From: an uncultured Enterobacterales bacterium
GTDB lineage: Bacteria > Myxococcota_A > UBA796 > CAJQPC01
Reading direction: 5' to 3'
Length of the DNA stretch: 54,179 nt
Assembly (NCBI GenBank): GCA_964344945.1
Contig: CAYFPX010000001.1
Span: forward strand, 46,515-100,693
A program made the position numbers and the translations under genes. Every line of letters begins with the position of its first letter. The stretch's first letter is position 1. Shown in pieces: positions 24,942-32,452 of the stretch. The notes under the pieces were generated by a model that saw nothing but the letters and a program-made list of their open reading frames with translations, ran no database searches and was not told where the DNA came from.

Positions 24942-26965
24942 CGGATCTCCTGGTCCAGCACCAGGGCCAGGTGGTCCGTGGAGTACGGCGCCTCGGCTTC
25001 GACCAGCGACCAGTTCATGCGCTGGGCGGTGCGCTGATCCAGTCCGAGCCGGAGCCGCTGATCCAGGACGCCGCTGGCCAGGGTCATGCCCATGACCACG
25101 TCCACCCGGCTCACGTCGTTGTGCACGAAGAGCAGGGGGCGAGCGGTGCCGAAGAGCACGGTCAGGGCGTCGACGATCGCGGCGTCGGTCAGGGGCACCG
25201 AGGGGCCGAAGAGGCTCAGCTCGACGCGCATCACGCCGTCCTGGACGCGGATGATCAGCTCCGCTTCCTTGCCGTCCCGCAGGCCGACCCGGTAGACCGC
25301 GTAGCGCCGGGCCTGCTGCGTCTCGGCCGCGAACACCGCCCACTCCGTCAGGGACACCGGGAGCAACGCGAGGCCCACGAAGCGAGAGGCGAGCAAGCCC
25401 GGCTGGCGCCAGGCCAGATCGCGCAGCACCTCGACGTGCACCAAGGCGAACAGCGCCAGCTGCGCTCGTGTCAGCGCGGGCAGGGCGGGGTCGAGGGGGT
25501 CGCCGCCAGCCGTGGCCCGGGCCTGCACCTCGGCCGCGCTCTCCGGGGCGGGGTCGGGCACCGGACCGTCGAGCGCGCGTCCGAAGGCCACGAAGGCCCG
25601 CGCGGCCCTCACGGCGCCCACGTGGCCCCGAAGCAGCGCCAGGGCGTCCTCCCGGGCCAGGTCGCCCTCGCCGGACCAGAGGGCCTCGGCCTGGAGCAGG
25701 GCGCGCAGGCGGTCCTCGTCGGCGAACAGCGCGGCGACCTGTTCGGTGGTCTCGCTGAGCGCACGCGCGACCAGGGCATCCAGCCAGTCCCCCGCCGGCT
25801 CGCCCAGGATCGGCGCGCTCGCCGCCTGGACGAGGACCTCCAGGGGCTCGGGGTCTCCCCCGACCAGGCGCTCCCAGACCACGGCCTCCAGGTCCGCGGT
25901 CACCGTGGGACCGGCCATCGCCAGGGCCTCGATGGCCACTGGCGCCCGCAGCTCGCCCTTGCGCAGCGCCCGCAGGACCTTCTTGCCCCGGCTCGCCCGC
26001 TCCTGCTGCGCTGGCAGGGCCAGTGGCGGGAAGGCCGCCTCGGCCTGGAGCAGGTCGATCATGCCTCCGACCGGGTCCCCGCCCTGGAAGCGGGTCTGGG
26101 CCCGGGTCATGTGGTGGTCCGCGAGCAGGCCCGGGTTCCCCCCACCCAGGCTGGCCGCCAGGTCCAGCTGCTCGATCGCGCCGTCGTAGTCGTCCTGCTC
26201 GGCGAGGCTGGTGGCCCAGCGCGCCCGTGCGGCGGCCTCCACCGGGTCGGCGTCGGACTCCGGGTTCCACTCTCGCGCCTCTTCGACATAGCGCAGGGCC
26301 TGGCGGGGCCGGCCACGGTCGATCTCGTCTCGCGCGTCGGCCAGCGCCCGTTCCGCCAGCATCAGCCGCGCACGCTCACCAGCGGCGGTGTCGCCGTAGC
26401 GGCGGTGGTAGCTCACCAGGGCGCCGTAGCGGGGGTCGGAGCCCAGGGCGCCCAGGGCGTCTTCGGCCTCGAGCTCCCGGCGGAGGTCGCGGACGGCGGA
26501 CTCGTGGGCCCCGGTCGGGAACCACGCCAGGTAGGCGTCGCAGAGCTCCCGGTCCGGGGCTGCCGTGATCCGGGTCCACAGGGCCCCGGAGCCGGCCTTG
26601 AGCGCGTCGTCTGCCCAGGGGCCCAGGGTCGGGTCCTGGAGGTGCTGCTCGATCAGCGGGAAGTGCGTGGGGTCTCCCATCTTGCCGAGCACGAGCAAGG
26701 CCGGCCCGGCCTCGGGGCGCTTGCGGAGGATCACGTCTCTCAGCTCTGGCACCGCCGCCGGTCCCAGCCGGACCAGCTCTTCCTGGGCGGTGGCGCGGAC
26801 GGCGTCGTGCTTGGAGCGCAGGGCAGCCACCAGCTTGCCCACCTTGCGCGGGTCCTGGGCGGCCTCGGCCGCGAGGGAGGACACCTGCTCGGGGTGGCGC
26901 AGGCCACACCCGACGAGGATTCCGACGAGCCCCAGCAACAGGGCGCTGCGAAGCAGGTGACGCAC
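24938..26965 (-). CDS. lipoprotein with HEAT/TPR-like helical repeats
   Basis: GTG at 26965 lies 8 nt after GAGGAG and gives MRHLLRSALLLGLVGILVGC (lipobox). HEAT-like and TPR-like helices follow (KLVAALRSKHDAVRATAQEELVRLGPAAVPELRDVIL). Confidence 0.7.
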   Translation of the reverse strand: MRHLLRSALLLGLVGILVGCGLRHPEQVSSLAAEAAQDPRKVGKLVAALRSKHDAVRATAQEELVRLGPAAVPELRDVILRKRPEAGPALLVLGKMGDPTHFPLIEQHLQDPTLGPWADDALKAGSGALWTRITAAPDRELCDAYLAWFPTGAHESAVRDLRRELEAEDALGALGSDPRYGALVSYHRRYGDTAAGERARLMLAERALADARDEIDRGRPRQALRYVEEAREWNPESDADPVEAAARARWATSLAEQDDYDGAIEQLDLAASLGGGNPGLLADHHMTRAQTRFQGGDPVGGMIDLLQAEAAFPPLALPAQQERASRGKKVLRALRKGELRAPVAIEALAMAGPTVTADLEAVVWERLVGGDPEPLEVLVQAASAPILGEPAGDWLDALVARALSETTEQVAALFADEDRLRALLQAEALWSGEGDLAREDALALLRGHVGAVRAARAFVAFGRALDGPVPDPAPESAAEVQARATAGGDPLDPALPALTRAQLALFALVHVEVLRDLAWRQPGLLASRFVGLALLPVSLTEWAVFAAETQQARRYAVYRVGLRDGKEAELIIRVQDGVMRVELSLFGPSVPLTDAAIVDALTVLFGTARPLLFVHNDVSRVDVVMGMTLASGVLDQRLRLGLDQRTAQRMNWSLVEAEAPYSTDHLALVLDQEIR

Positions 26966-27067
26966 GGCGAGCGCTCCTCGGATCCCTCTAACCGGGAAGA
27001 ACCCGGTGTAAGGAACTCCACCCGCCCATCGTTGTCGGCTCCTGTGCAACGCCCTCCAGGAGCTCCG

Positions 27068-28456
27068 ATGCAGCGCTGGCACCTCACCCTCCTCCTCGCG
27101 ATCCTGGCCGCCGTGGCGGCCCTGGTCCTTCCGGAGACGACCCGGACCGTCGGCCCTCTCGTCCCCCCTGCCCTGCCCCCGAGCTTCCTGCTCACCCAGG
27201 CGGCCACCGCCGGGGACCTGACCGTCAGCGCGGGCCTGGACCAGGGCCTGGTGCCCGCGGGGCAGCCCAGCGAGCGGTACCTGGTGCTGACCCTGGATGG
27301 CGAGGCGGCCAGCGAAGCCGACGCCCGGCCCTACAACCTCGCGGTGGTCCTGGACCGCTCCGGCTCGATGGCCTCCGCTGGCAAGCTCGACTACGCGCGT
27401 CAGGCCGCAGACGGCGTGATCGATCGCCTCGACGACCTGGATCGCTTCGCCCTGGTCGCCTTCTCGAACCACGCCCAGGTCGTGAGCGCCAGTGCGCCGG
27501 TGACCAGCAAGTCCCTGGTGCGCAGCCGCATCGCCGACCTCACGGCGAAGGGTGGCACCAACCTGGGCGCCGGCCTCATCGCGGGACTCGGAGAGGTGTC
27601 GCCTCACGTGAGCGCCGAGAGCCTGGACCGCGTGATCGTCCTCAGCGATGGTCGCGTCAACCAGGGCGAGACCGCCACTGAGGTGCTGGCCTCCTGGGCG
27701 AGCGCGGCGGGGGCCGACGGCGTCACCGTGTCCACCATCGGCCTGGGCCGGGACTACAACGAGGACCTGCTGGCCCAGATGGCGGACTGGGGGGGTGGCA
27801 GCTACCACTTCGTGGACCGGTCTGCGGCGCTGGCGGACATCCTGACCACCGAGCTGGAGCGCATGGCGGCCACCGTGGCCGAAGGTGTCGCGCTGGAGAT
27901 CCGGCCCGGCGCTGGCGTCGAGATCCTGGACGTGGTCGGCTATGCCCACTCCCGGCTGGCCGCCGGCGCGGTGACCGTGCCCGTGGGCGAGATCATCGAG
28001 GGGGAGCCCCGCAAGGTGGTCGTCAAGGTCCGAGTGCCGGCCATGGCCCAGGGGGTCGAGCTGCCCGTGGCCACGGTCTCCGTGACACGGAGGGCCGGCC
28101 CCGCCCCCGCGGACCTGGCCGTCCAGGCCCTCGCGTCGGCCGACGCCGTGCTGGTCCAGGCCTCCATCGACGAGGACCTCGCCGTGCTCGGCACCCAGGC
28201 CGAGGCCTCCGCCCTGGCCGATCGCGCGGTGCGCGAGTGGGAGCAGGGCAACGTCGGCGCCATGCAGGATCTCTTCGACGCCTCCCGGCTCGTGGCGGGC
28301 GAGGCGGCCTCCCGGTACGGCAGCGAAGCGCTGGAGGACCAGGCCGCGTCCGTCGAGCGCCACCGCCGCAACCTCGAGGCGGCGGCACCCCAGTCCCCCG
28401 AGGGCCGCTACCAGGCCATCCTGCAGAAGGAGAGCAACCGTGCGCTCGCCCACTGA
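27068..28456 (+). CDS. von Willebrand factor type A (VWA) domain protein, membrane-anchored
   Basis: ATG at 27068 follows AGGAG. An N-terminal TM segment is followed by the MIDAS motif VVLDRSGSM...GGTNLGAG...VLSDGRVN. Confidence 0.85.
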   Translation: MQRWHLTLLLAILAAVAALVLPETTRTVGPLVPPALPPSFLLTQAATAGDLTVSAGLDQGLVPAGQPSERYLVLTLDGEAASEADARPYNLAVVLDRSGSMASAGKLDYARQAADGVIDRLDDLDRFALVAFSNHAQVVSASAPVTSKSLVRSRIADLTAKGGTNLGAGLIAGLGEVSPHVSAESLDRVIVLSDGRVNQGETATEVLASWASAAGADGVTVSTIGLGRDYNEDLLAQMADWGGGSYHFVDRSAALADILTTELERMAATVAEGVALEIRPGAGVEILDVVGYAHSRLAAGAVTVPVGEIIEGEPRKVVVKVRVPAMAQGVELPVATVSVTRRAGPAPADLAVQALASADAVLVQASIDEDLAVLGTQAEASALADRAVREWEQGNVGAMQDLFDASRLVAGEAASRYGSEALEDQAASVERHRRNLEAAAPQSPEGRYQAILQKESNRALAH

Positions 28457-29498
28457 TCCCCAGCGCATCCCCCTGCCCCTCTCCCCCTCCCTGCCGGCCT
28501 CCGCCCGAGCGGCCCTGCCTCGCGAGGGCGCCGCCTGGGCCGCCTGGGCCGCCCTGGTCTTCGCGGCCGGGGCCTGGTGGGGCGTGCCCCAGGACGCCCC
28601 GGCCCTCGCCCTGGGTCTGGCGGTCGGTGTGGGGCTCTGGGCGGCGCACCCCCGCAGCCCCCTGGGACTCCTGGCCGCGACCTTCGTGGTGGCGGCGACC
28701 GCCGGCCTCACCGCTCCCCTGGACCTGCACCCGGTCTGGATCGCCGGGGGCCTCGCGGGAGGGCTGGCCGGTCAGCTCCGTCGCGCTCCGCTGCACGAGC
28801 GGCTGCAGGCCATGCTCGCCGGCCTGGCCGGCGCCGGCCTGGCCGCTGTCGCAGCCGACACCCTCGGTCTGCGGCCCGACCACGTCGCCACCGCTGCCCT
28901 GGTGGGTGCCGGCGCCGCCTGCGCCCTGGTGCCGCTGCACCTGGCCTGGACCCCGGTGCCTCCGGGGGCGAGGCAGCTCCGCCGCACCCTGAACCCGGTC
29001 TGGCGAGAGCCGGCCCAGCGCGCCGCCCGCCTGCACGCCCAGCTGCTGGAGCAGCGCCCTGACCCCGAGACCCGAGAGGGGCTGAGCGAGGTGGCCTGCT
29101 GGGTCTACCGGCTCGCCCTGTCCCTGCAGCGCCTCGACGCCGAGCTCACCACCCTGCCCGAGCGGCAGATCCAGCAGCGCCTGGGCACCCTGCTCGACCA
29201 GGTCGACGGCTCCGACGATCTCTTCCTGCGGGACCGCCGGCTGGCGACCGTGGCCCACTACCAGCAGGTCCTGGCCCAGGTCGACGAGCTCCGCCTGGAG
29301 CGGGAGCGCCTGCGCTCCCTGCAGGAGTACGCGCTGGCCTACCTCGAGGAGGCCCGCCTGGGCCTGGTCCTCGCCCGCACGCTGCCCGGGCAGGGGGTGC
29401 CCGATCGGCTGGACGAGGTGCTCGGGCGCCTGCGCACCGACGCCAGCGAGGCCACGACCCTTCGGCGCACGGCCCAGGAGCTGGCCGTCTACGGCTGA
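28440..29498 (+). CDS. hypothetical membrane protein with C-terminal coiled-coil region
   Basis: The GTG start overlaps the VWA gene end by 17 nt. About 5 hydrophobic segments are followed by a helical region (LQRLDAELTTLPERQIQQRLGTLLDQ...ELRLERERLRSLQEYALAYLEEARL). Confidence 0.6.
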   Translation: MRSPTDPQRIPLPLSPSLPASARAALPREGAAWAAWAALVFAAGAWWGVPQDAPALALGLAVGVGLWAAHPRSPLGLLAATFVVAATAGLTAPLDLHPVWIAGGLAGGLAGQLRRAPLHERLQAMLAGLAGAGLAAVAADTLGLRPDHVATAALVGAGAACALVPLHLAWTPVPPGARQLRRTLNPVWREPAQRAARLHAQLLEQRPDPETREGLSEVACWVYRLALSLQRLDAELTTLPERQIQQRLGTLLDQVDGSDDLFLRDRRLATVAHYQQVLAQVDELRLERERLRSLQEYALAYLEEARLGLVLARTLPGQGVPDRLDEVLGRLRTDASEATTLRRTAQELAVYG

Positions 29499-29509
29499 CT
29501 GGGTGTCTT

Positions 29510-29533
29510 CGAGTCCTCCCGTCGCTGGACTCG
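29510..29533. terminator. hairpin between convergent genes (possible bidirectional terminator)
   Basis: CGAGTCC (29510-16), a 10-nt loop and GGACTCG (29527-33) form the hairpin. There is no U-tract, so the call is weak. Confidence 0.25.
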
Positions 29534-29561
29534 CTCTCGCGATCCCAGGCAGGTGACCCGG

Positions 29562-29954
29562 TCAAGGAGTCGCGGGCCCGAGGATCGCCCGGACCTGGTC
29601 CGCGAGCCAGGCTGGGTCGTCCCCCGGCGTCAGGACCACCCGACCTGTCAGTCGTCCCTGGAGCACCGCCCGCGGCACGCCCCAGCTGGCGGTCAGCACG
29701 ACCCGCACCGGGTCTCCGCCGGCCGTGCCCACGAGGCCGATCCAGGGGCGCACGGTGCTCCCCGCCGGAGCCAGCCCCATGCGCTCCGCTGCCTGGGTGA
29801 GCGCGGCCCCGTGCTGCTCCCGCAGCCAGGCCCGCCACAAGGCCCCGCGCAGCACCAGCAGCCAGATCCCGGCCAGGCCGAGCAGCACGCCTGCGAGCAC
29901 CCCGTGGAGCACCATCGGGTCGATGAACACCTCGTAGCCATCCAGATCGGGCAC
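29562..29954 (-). CDS. hypothetical small membrane protein
   Basis: One TM segment is present (VLAGVLLGLAGIWLLVL). It lies 44 nt downstream of the tRNA. The start is ambiguous (GTG 29954 or an internal ATG). Confidence 0.5.
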   Translation of the reverse strand: MPDLDGYEVFIDPMVLHGVLAGVLLGLAGIWLLVLRGALWRAWLREQHGAALTQAAERMGLAPAGSTVRPWIGLVGTAGGDPVRVVLTASWGVPRAVLQGRLTGRVVLTPGDDPAWLADQVRAILGPATP

Positions 29955-29997
29955 GGGGGCTCCAGGCGGTGGGGTGCGCGGCGAGGGAGCGGCGGGG

Positions 29998-30074
29998 TGG
30001 TACGCGGCACAGGATTCGAACCTGTGACCTCTGGTTCCGGAGACCAGCGCTCTATCCAGCTGAGCTAGCCGCGC
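29998..30074 (-). tRNA. tRNA-Arg (anticodon CCG), 77 nt with encoded CCA
   Basis: The reverse complement reads GCGCGGCTAGCTCAGCTGGATAGAGCGCTGGTCTCCGGAACCAGAGGTCACAGGTTCGAATCCTGTGCCGCGTACCA. It folds as a cloverleaf with anticodon loop CTCCGGA and a GGTTCGAATCC T-arm. Confidence 0.95.
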
Positions 30075-30143
30075 TCGAGGGGTCCCTCGCCACCCCGGCC
30101 GCTCCCGGCACGGGGCTCCTGACGGAGCGGAGGGGTCGTATTG

Positions 30144-30668
30144 CTAGACCTCCTCACCAGCAACCCACGCCTGCATCGCCGCCAGGGTCACGCTCCCCCA
30201 CTCCGCGCTGGAGCGCTCGGCCGCGAAGTGCTGGAACAGCACCTTCACCAGCCAGCGCAGCTCCTCGAGCAGGAACATCCGGTCGAACAGGGCCTCGTCC
30301 TCGGTTCCCTTGAACATGCCGGGCAGCTTGGCCCCCTGGAGGTCCAGGGTCCCGCCCCGCAGCACCAGCGAGTACTCCCGGTCCTCTCGGCGCAGGCCCA
30401 GGCGCAGGTCCCGCACCAGCTTGCCGCCGGCCAGGGCGGCCCTGGCCTCGAGGGAGCCAGAGGGGTTCTCACCGGTCAGCACCGCACGGGGCTTGTCGTC
30501 CTCGGCGGTTCGGAAGGAGAGCCGGTCGTCGACCCAGGCGTCGAAGCGCCCGCCCTCGGGCAGCGCGAAGCTGCCCATGTCCCGCTCGGTCGCGAACCAG
30601 AGCCAGGTCAGGAATTCCGGCGTGAGGTGGGGAAGGACAGGGGCGGCGTCGGTCACGGCGGCGTTCAC
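30144..30668 (-). CDS. hypothetical protein, possibly the C-terminal-half equivalent of RdgC
   Basis: The GTG start overlaps the stop of the RdgC-like ORF (GTGA). LTPEFLTWLWF...GGKLVRDLRLGL...LVLRGGTLDLQGAKL loosely follows the RdgC C-terminal pattern (LTLTEWV...GKVVTKLALDW). Confidence 0.55.
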   Translation of the reverse strand: MNAAVTDAAPVLPHLTPEFLTWLWFATERDMGSFALPEGGRFDAWVDDRLSFRTAEDDKPRAVLTGENPSGSLEARAALAGGKLVRDLRLGLRREDREYSLVLRGGTLDLQGAKLPGMFKGTEDEALFDRMFLLEELRWLVKVLFQHFAAERSSAEWGSVTLAAMQAWVAGEEV

Positions 30669-31291
30669 GGCAGGCCTCCTTCGATGGCCAGGTCACTCGC
30701 CCCCCCGCCGGCCAGGGCGGCCGCAGCCTGCTCGTCGACCCACTCCAGCGGGTTGTCGGGCAGGAGCACCAGCCCGAAGGTCTGGTGGAACAGCTTGCGG
30801 AAGCGCTCGTTGGCCTTCTCCGAGGTGCTGTGGAACCAGACGGTGCGGTCCGCCAGGTTCCAGACGCACTCGGTCACCTGGACCCGGGGAAGGGTCTTCT
30901 GGAGCAGCTCGAGCTCCAGCGCGTCCTTCAGGTCCGCCCGCACGTCGCGGGGGCAGGCCTTGGCGCCGGTCTCCTCGCACCACTGCTGGATCCGCTTCTG
31001 GTGCATGGCCTTGACCAGCCTGGCGGGCAGGGACTTCTTGTCCACCCGGAGCGAGAAGTACGCGTACTGGTTGAACAGCCAGGCCTCGACCCGATCGAAG
31101 TGGGTGTCCAGCAGGTTCTCGGTGACCACCCACCCGACCACGTCCTCCCGCCAGGCCTTGGACATCGGCGCGTGGAAGGCGTGGGCGAGCAGCGCCTCCG
31201 GGTAGATCGCGCGGAAGCCCTCCGGCGGATCGGCCTCGACGCGGTAGCAGCGGACGGTGAGGGGGCCCGAGAGAAAGCCCATGGGCAGCAC
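30665..31291 (-). CDS. RdgC-like recombination-associated protein (N-terminal/central region)
   Basis: MGFLSGPLTVRCYRV..., VGWVV, SLRVDKKSLPARLVKA...LKDALELELLQKTLPRVQVTECVWNLADRTVWFHSTSEKANERFRKLF parallels E. coli RdgC (FKNLMVYRL...GWVPP...RKEEKILPSPVIK...DEVLHSLLPRAF...MWID...). Confidence 0.6.
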   Translation of the reverse strand: MLPMGFLSGPLTVRCYRVEADPPEGFRAIYPEALLAHAFHAPMSKAWREDVVGWVVTENLLDTHFDRVEAWLFNQYAYFSLRVDKKSLPARLVKAMHQKRIQQWCEETGAKACPRDVRADLKDALELELLQKTLPRVQVTECVWNLADRTVWFHSTSEKANERFRKLFHQTFGLVLLPDNPLEWVDEQAAAALAGGGASDLAIEGGLP

Positions 31292-31313
31292 CTGGTGACA
31301 GGGGGGCGCGGCC

Positions 31314-31634
31314 TTATCCTGCGGGCTCCGTCTCCACCCAGAAGAGCGCCCCGACGGACTCGGGCTGCGTCGGGATCACCAGCTCCAGCCGGTGGCGGGT
31401 GTGGAAGCCCAGCTCGTCGTGCCACCGCTCCTCGACCCCCGGATCCTCCAGGTCCCACGCCTGGCCGTTGCCGCTGACCCGCCCCAGCCGCTCCCGCTCC
31501 CCCCGCCATCGTCGAGGCCGGCCGTAGAACAGGATCCGCGGCTCGCGGACCGGGCCGTTCGCGCGCCAGAGATCCATGCCGACGGCCACCTGAGCGGACC
31601 AGTCGGCACGGATCACCAGGAAGGTGAGGCTCAC
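31314..31634 (-). CDS. hypothetical protein (106 aa)
   Basis: GTG at 31634 overlaps the upstream stop (GTGA). The composition is ordinary (SLTFLVIRADWSAQVAVGMDLWRANGPVREPRILFYG...). Confidence 0.55.
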   Translation of the reverse strand: MSLTFLVIRADWSAQVAVGMDLWRANGPVREPRILFYGRPRRWRGERERLGRVSGNGQAWDLEDPGVEERWHDELGFHTRHRLELVIPTQPESVGALFWVETEPAG

Positions 31635-32407
31635 CGCTGCTCGGCGGCTCGGGCCAGGGCGTGGCGGAACACGATCACCTCGGTCTTGCCGCGCACGCTC
31701 ACCCCGACCTCGTAGCGGCTGAACCAGGCGACCTTGCCCTGCACGATCTCGCCCTCCAGGGTGGTGAAGCCCACCTTGGTGTCGCCCTCGAGCCAGCCGA
31801 AGAGCTTGCGATTGCTGCAGCCGAAGCGGTCCTGAGGCCGCTCCACCGGCGGCTTCGGGGCCTCCTTGAGAGCGCTGTCCCAGCGGAAGCCCTTCCGGGC
31901 GAGCTTGTCTTCTTCGGGGCGCCAGGCGAGCTTGAACTGCAGCTTGTGCACGGGCTCTTCGGCGTCGCTCCCCGAGGCCGCGAGCCGCGCTTCGTACCGA
32001 TCGACGCCGACCACCCGGGCGGTGACGACCCGGTGTCCGTGCAGGGCGAAGCGCCAGGCGCGGCCGTCTTGCAGGGCGTCCAGCAGCACCGAGCGCTCGG
32101 CGTGGAGGGCCAGGTGAGACGCCATGCGCCGACGGTGGAGCACGCGATCGAGATCCGCCTGGCCCTTGGCGACCTGGGTGGCCAGGGCACGGTCCAGACC
32201 GTGGCGGCGCATGAGGTTGTTGGCCTTGTCCCGCGTGGCCATCTCGTTCAGGACCTGGTTGAGGGTCACCTCCTTGCGGGCGACCCGGAGCGCGACCTCT
32301 CGCGGCAGGCCCATGTCCTTCTGGAGTCGAGCGATCTCGGCCTGGATCTCGGGACTCAGCTTGCTGCGCCGCTCGGGTCCGCGGCCTCCGGTCTGGCGCC
32401 CGGCCAT
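31631..32407 (-). CDS. hypothetical protein with basic N-terminal helical region and two possible Sm/Hfq-like beta domains
   Basis: GFTTLEGEIVQGKVAWFSRYEVGVSVRGKTEVIVFRHAL resembles the Hfq Sm1/Sm2 layout (G..l.G.i..fD.f.i.l....g...lvyKHAI). An earlier segment, FALHGHRVVTARVVGVDRYEARL, is similar. By-eye resemblance only. Confidence 0.6.
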   Translation of the reverse strand: MAGRQTGGRGPERRSKLSPEIQAEIARLQKDMGLPREVALRVARKEVTLNQVLNEMATRDKANNLMRRHGLDRALATQVAKGQADLDRVLHRRRMASHLALHAERSVLLDALQDGRAWRFALHGHRVVTARVVGVDRYEARLAASGSDAEEPVHKLQFKLAWRPEEDKLARKGFRWDSALKEAPKPPVERPQDRFGCSNRKLFGWLEGDTKVGFTTLEGEIVQGKVAWFSRYEVGVSVRGKTEVIVFRHALARAAEQR

Positions 32408-32452
32408 CGCTCCTCCATTCGGCGAGAACCCTACGTGTCCCCTCTCCCCGGG

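Noticed and set aside
29998-30074. tRNA-Arg as a possible integration hotspot or genomic-island boundary.
   Set aside because: I saw no integrase or recombinase gene and no direct repeat of the tRNA 3' end. Base composition does not change on either side, and the flanking genes look like ordinary core or accessory chromosomal genes.
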